Below, piece after piece: positions 35,980 to 36,821 of a stretch of DNA of 36,821 nt. Position 1 is the first letter of the stretch, and the number at the start of each line of letters is the position of its first letter. A program made the translations under genes and the position numbers. Under the pieces are notes generated by a model. That model did no database searches. It was not told the DNA's origin and worked only from the letters and a program-made list of their open reading frames with translations. The DNA is from Dirinaria sp. TL-2023a (taxonomy: Eukaryota): NCBI GenBank assembly GCA_051941275.1, contig JAVEBF010000060.1, forward strand, positions 1 to 36,821, given 5' to 3'.

Positions 35980-36340
35980 ACCGGGACCGGGTGGACCGGT
36001 ACACCACCAAGAATGCGGAGACTAGCCGTTTTTTCGCGGGTTGTATCTAGTTCACGCCAGGTGTAATTCCACCCGGTCCGGGTGCATGATCGATAGATGA
36101 CCCCGGGTGGAAAAACCCACCCGGGCCACCCGGACCATTTAGTAAATTTAACTCAATTTGATTTAAATAATCAATACAAGAAATTGAGTGAACGTCTCTT
36201 AATATGCTTTATTTCAATTGAATATGACATTTTTCTGAGTCAATATCATTATAAAACTCGGTTGAGTGAATTTAGAATCTGTAAAATTGAATCATCGATA
36301 TCATCAATTAAAACTACCTTTGAATTCGAAGAGCTACTGA
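35980..36340. repeat. End of a probable DNA transposon/MITE with multiple CCGGGTGG/CCACCCGG subterminal repeats; interior hypermutated
   Basis: CCGGGTGG or its reverse complement at 35987, 36069, 36103, 36117 and 36126; perfect 9-bp hairpin at 36102-36125; palindrome CACCCGG-T-CCGGGTG at 36070-36084. Transition-degraded copies TTGAGTGA occur at 36184 and 36262 in the AT-rich continuation. Boundaries are approximate. Confidence 0.55.
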
Positions 36341-36355
36341 GGGTTATCACTGGCG

Positions 36356-36800
36356 ATGGGGCCCGCGATCCACCCTGACCGTCGCGGTGAGGTGAACGCG
36401 GTCGACGCGACGTCGACAAGTGAACGAGATATCATCGAGACGTTTTCGCAGAGAAGAATATCAGAATCGAGCGAAATATTGAATGAGGTAAATAAGATTG
36501 TGAGACTCTATGAGTCTAAAGAAATCAATGTCAGCGAAATGATGTCGATGACTGAACTGCACAATCTGTTCGACATGATTCGCGCAAAGACGCGTCAGAG
36601 CGAAGTCGCAACTATTTCAATCACACAAAATGATAGCGACGCGATGATTGCGCGATTTAAGAAGATGATCAGCAGACTTGAAAAAGCTGTACAAAAGAAG
36701 AAACACGTGCAGAAAAAGAGCAATTGAGCGAAGATAACGATTATGAGCACCGCGAGCGCACAGAGAACAACACGCGTCAACGTTACTGTCATGATACTTT
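36356..36800 (+). mobile_element. Degraded non-LTR (Tad1/LINE-like) retrotransposon ORF1 5' fragment
   Basis: ORF MGPAIHPDRRGE.. followed by a coiled-coil (MIARFKKMISRLEKAV), then SN*AKI, read as a mutated S-x-W-A-x-V/I motif typical of fungal LINE ORF1 (TGG>TGA). Strong CC/GG depletion indicates a repeat-silenced sequence. No RT or zinc knuckle lies in the window. Confidence 0.55.
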
Positions 36801-36821
36801 GACCCTTACGACCTAGTGACT

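Noticed and set aside
35980..36136. CRISPR-like or telomeric interpretation of the CCGGGTGG repeats
   Set aside because: Eukaryotic context, mixed orientation, irregular spacing and no TTAGGG arrays.

Overview
This is gene-dense, intron-containing nuclear DNA from a filamentous ascomycete (Pezizomycotina); a lichen-forming Lecanoromycete is plausible but that is inference. I rebuilt the spliced gene models by hand from GT..AG sites and branch points, and every model is in frame. In order they are: an MRX7-like small protein, DNA polymerase epsilon catalytic subunit (POL2), COX20, an AMSH/STAMBP JAMM deubiquitinase, mitochondrial transcription factor MTF1, APC1/BimE, nucleoporin NUP37, eIF2A, a conserved low-complexity hypothetical protein, a PB1-like/UBA-like protein, and a secreted Ser/Thr-rich protein. 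The last ~850 bp are transposon-derived: a CCGGGTGG repeat cluster grades into a hypermutated copy of itself, followed by a degraded LINE-like ORF1 almost devoid of CC/GG dinucleotides. The most notable observations are (1) an apparently non-canonical, CpC-directed RIP-like mutation signature with a visible edge gradient, (2) a p62-like PB1...UBA protein with a duplicated, in-frame skippable exon, (3) recurrent TACCTT/AAGGTA clusters in the intergenic gaps, and (4) MCB-like boxes shared by the POL2 and APC1/NUP37 promoters. No database searches were run; family names come from motif recognition.
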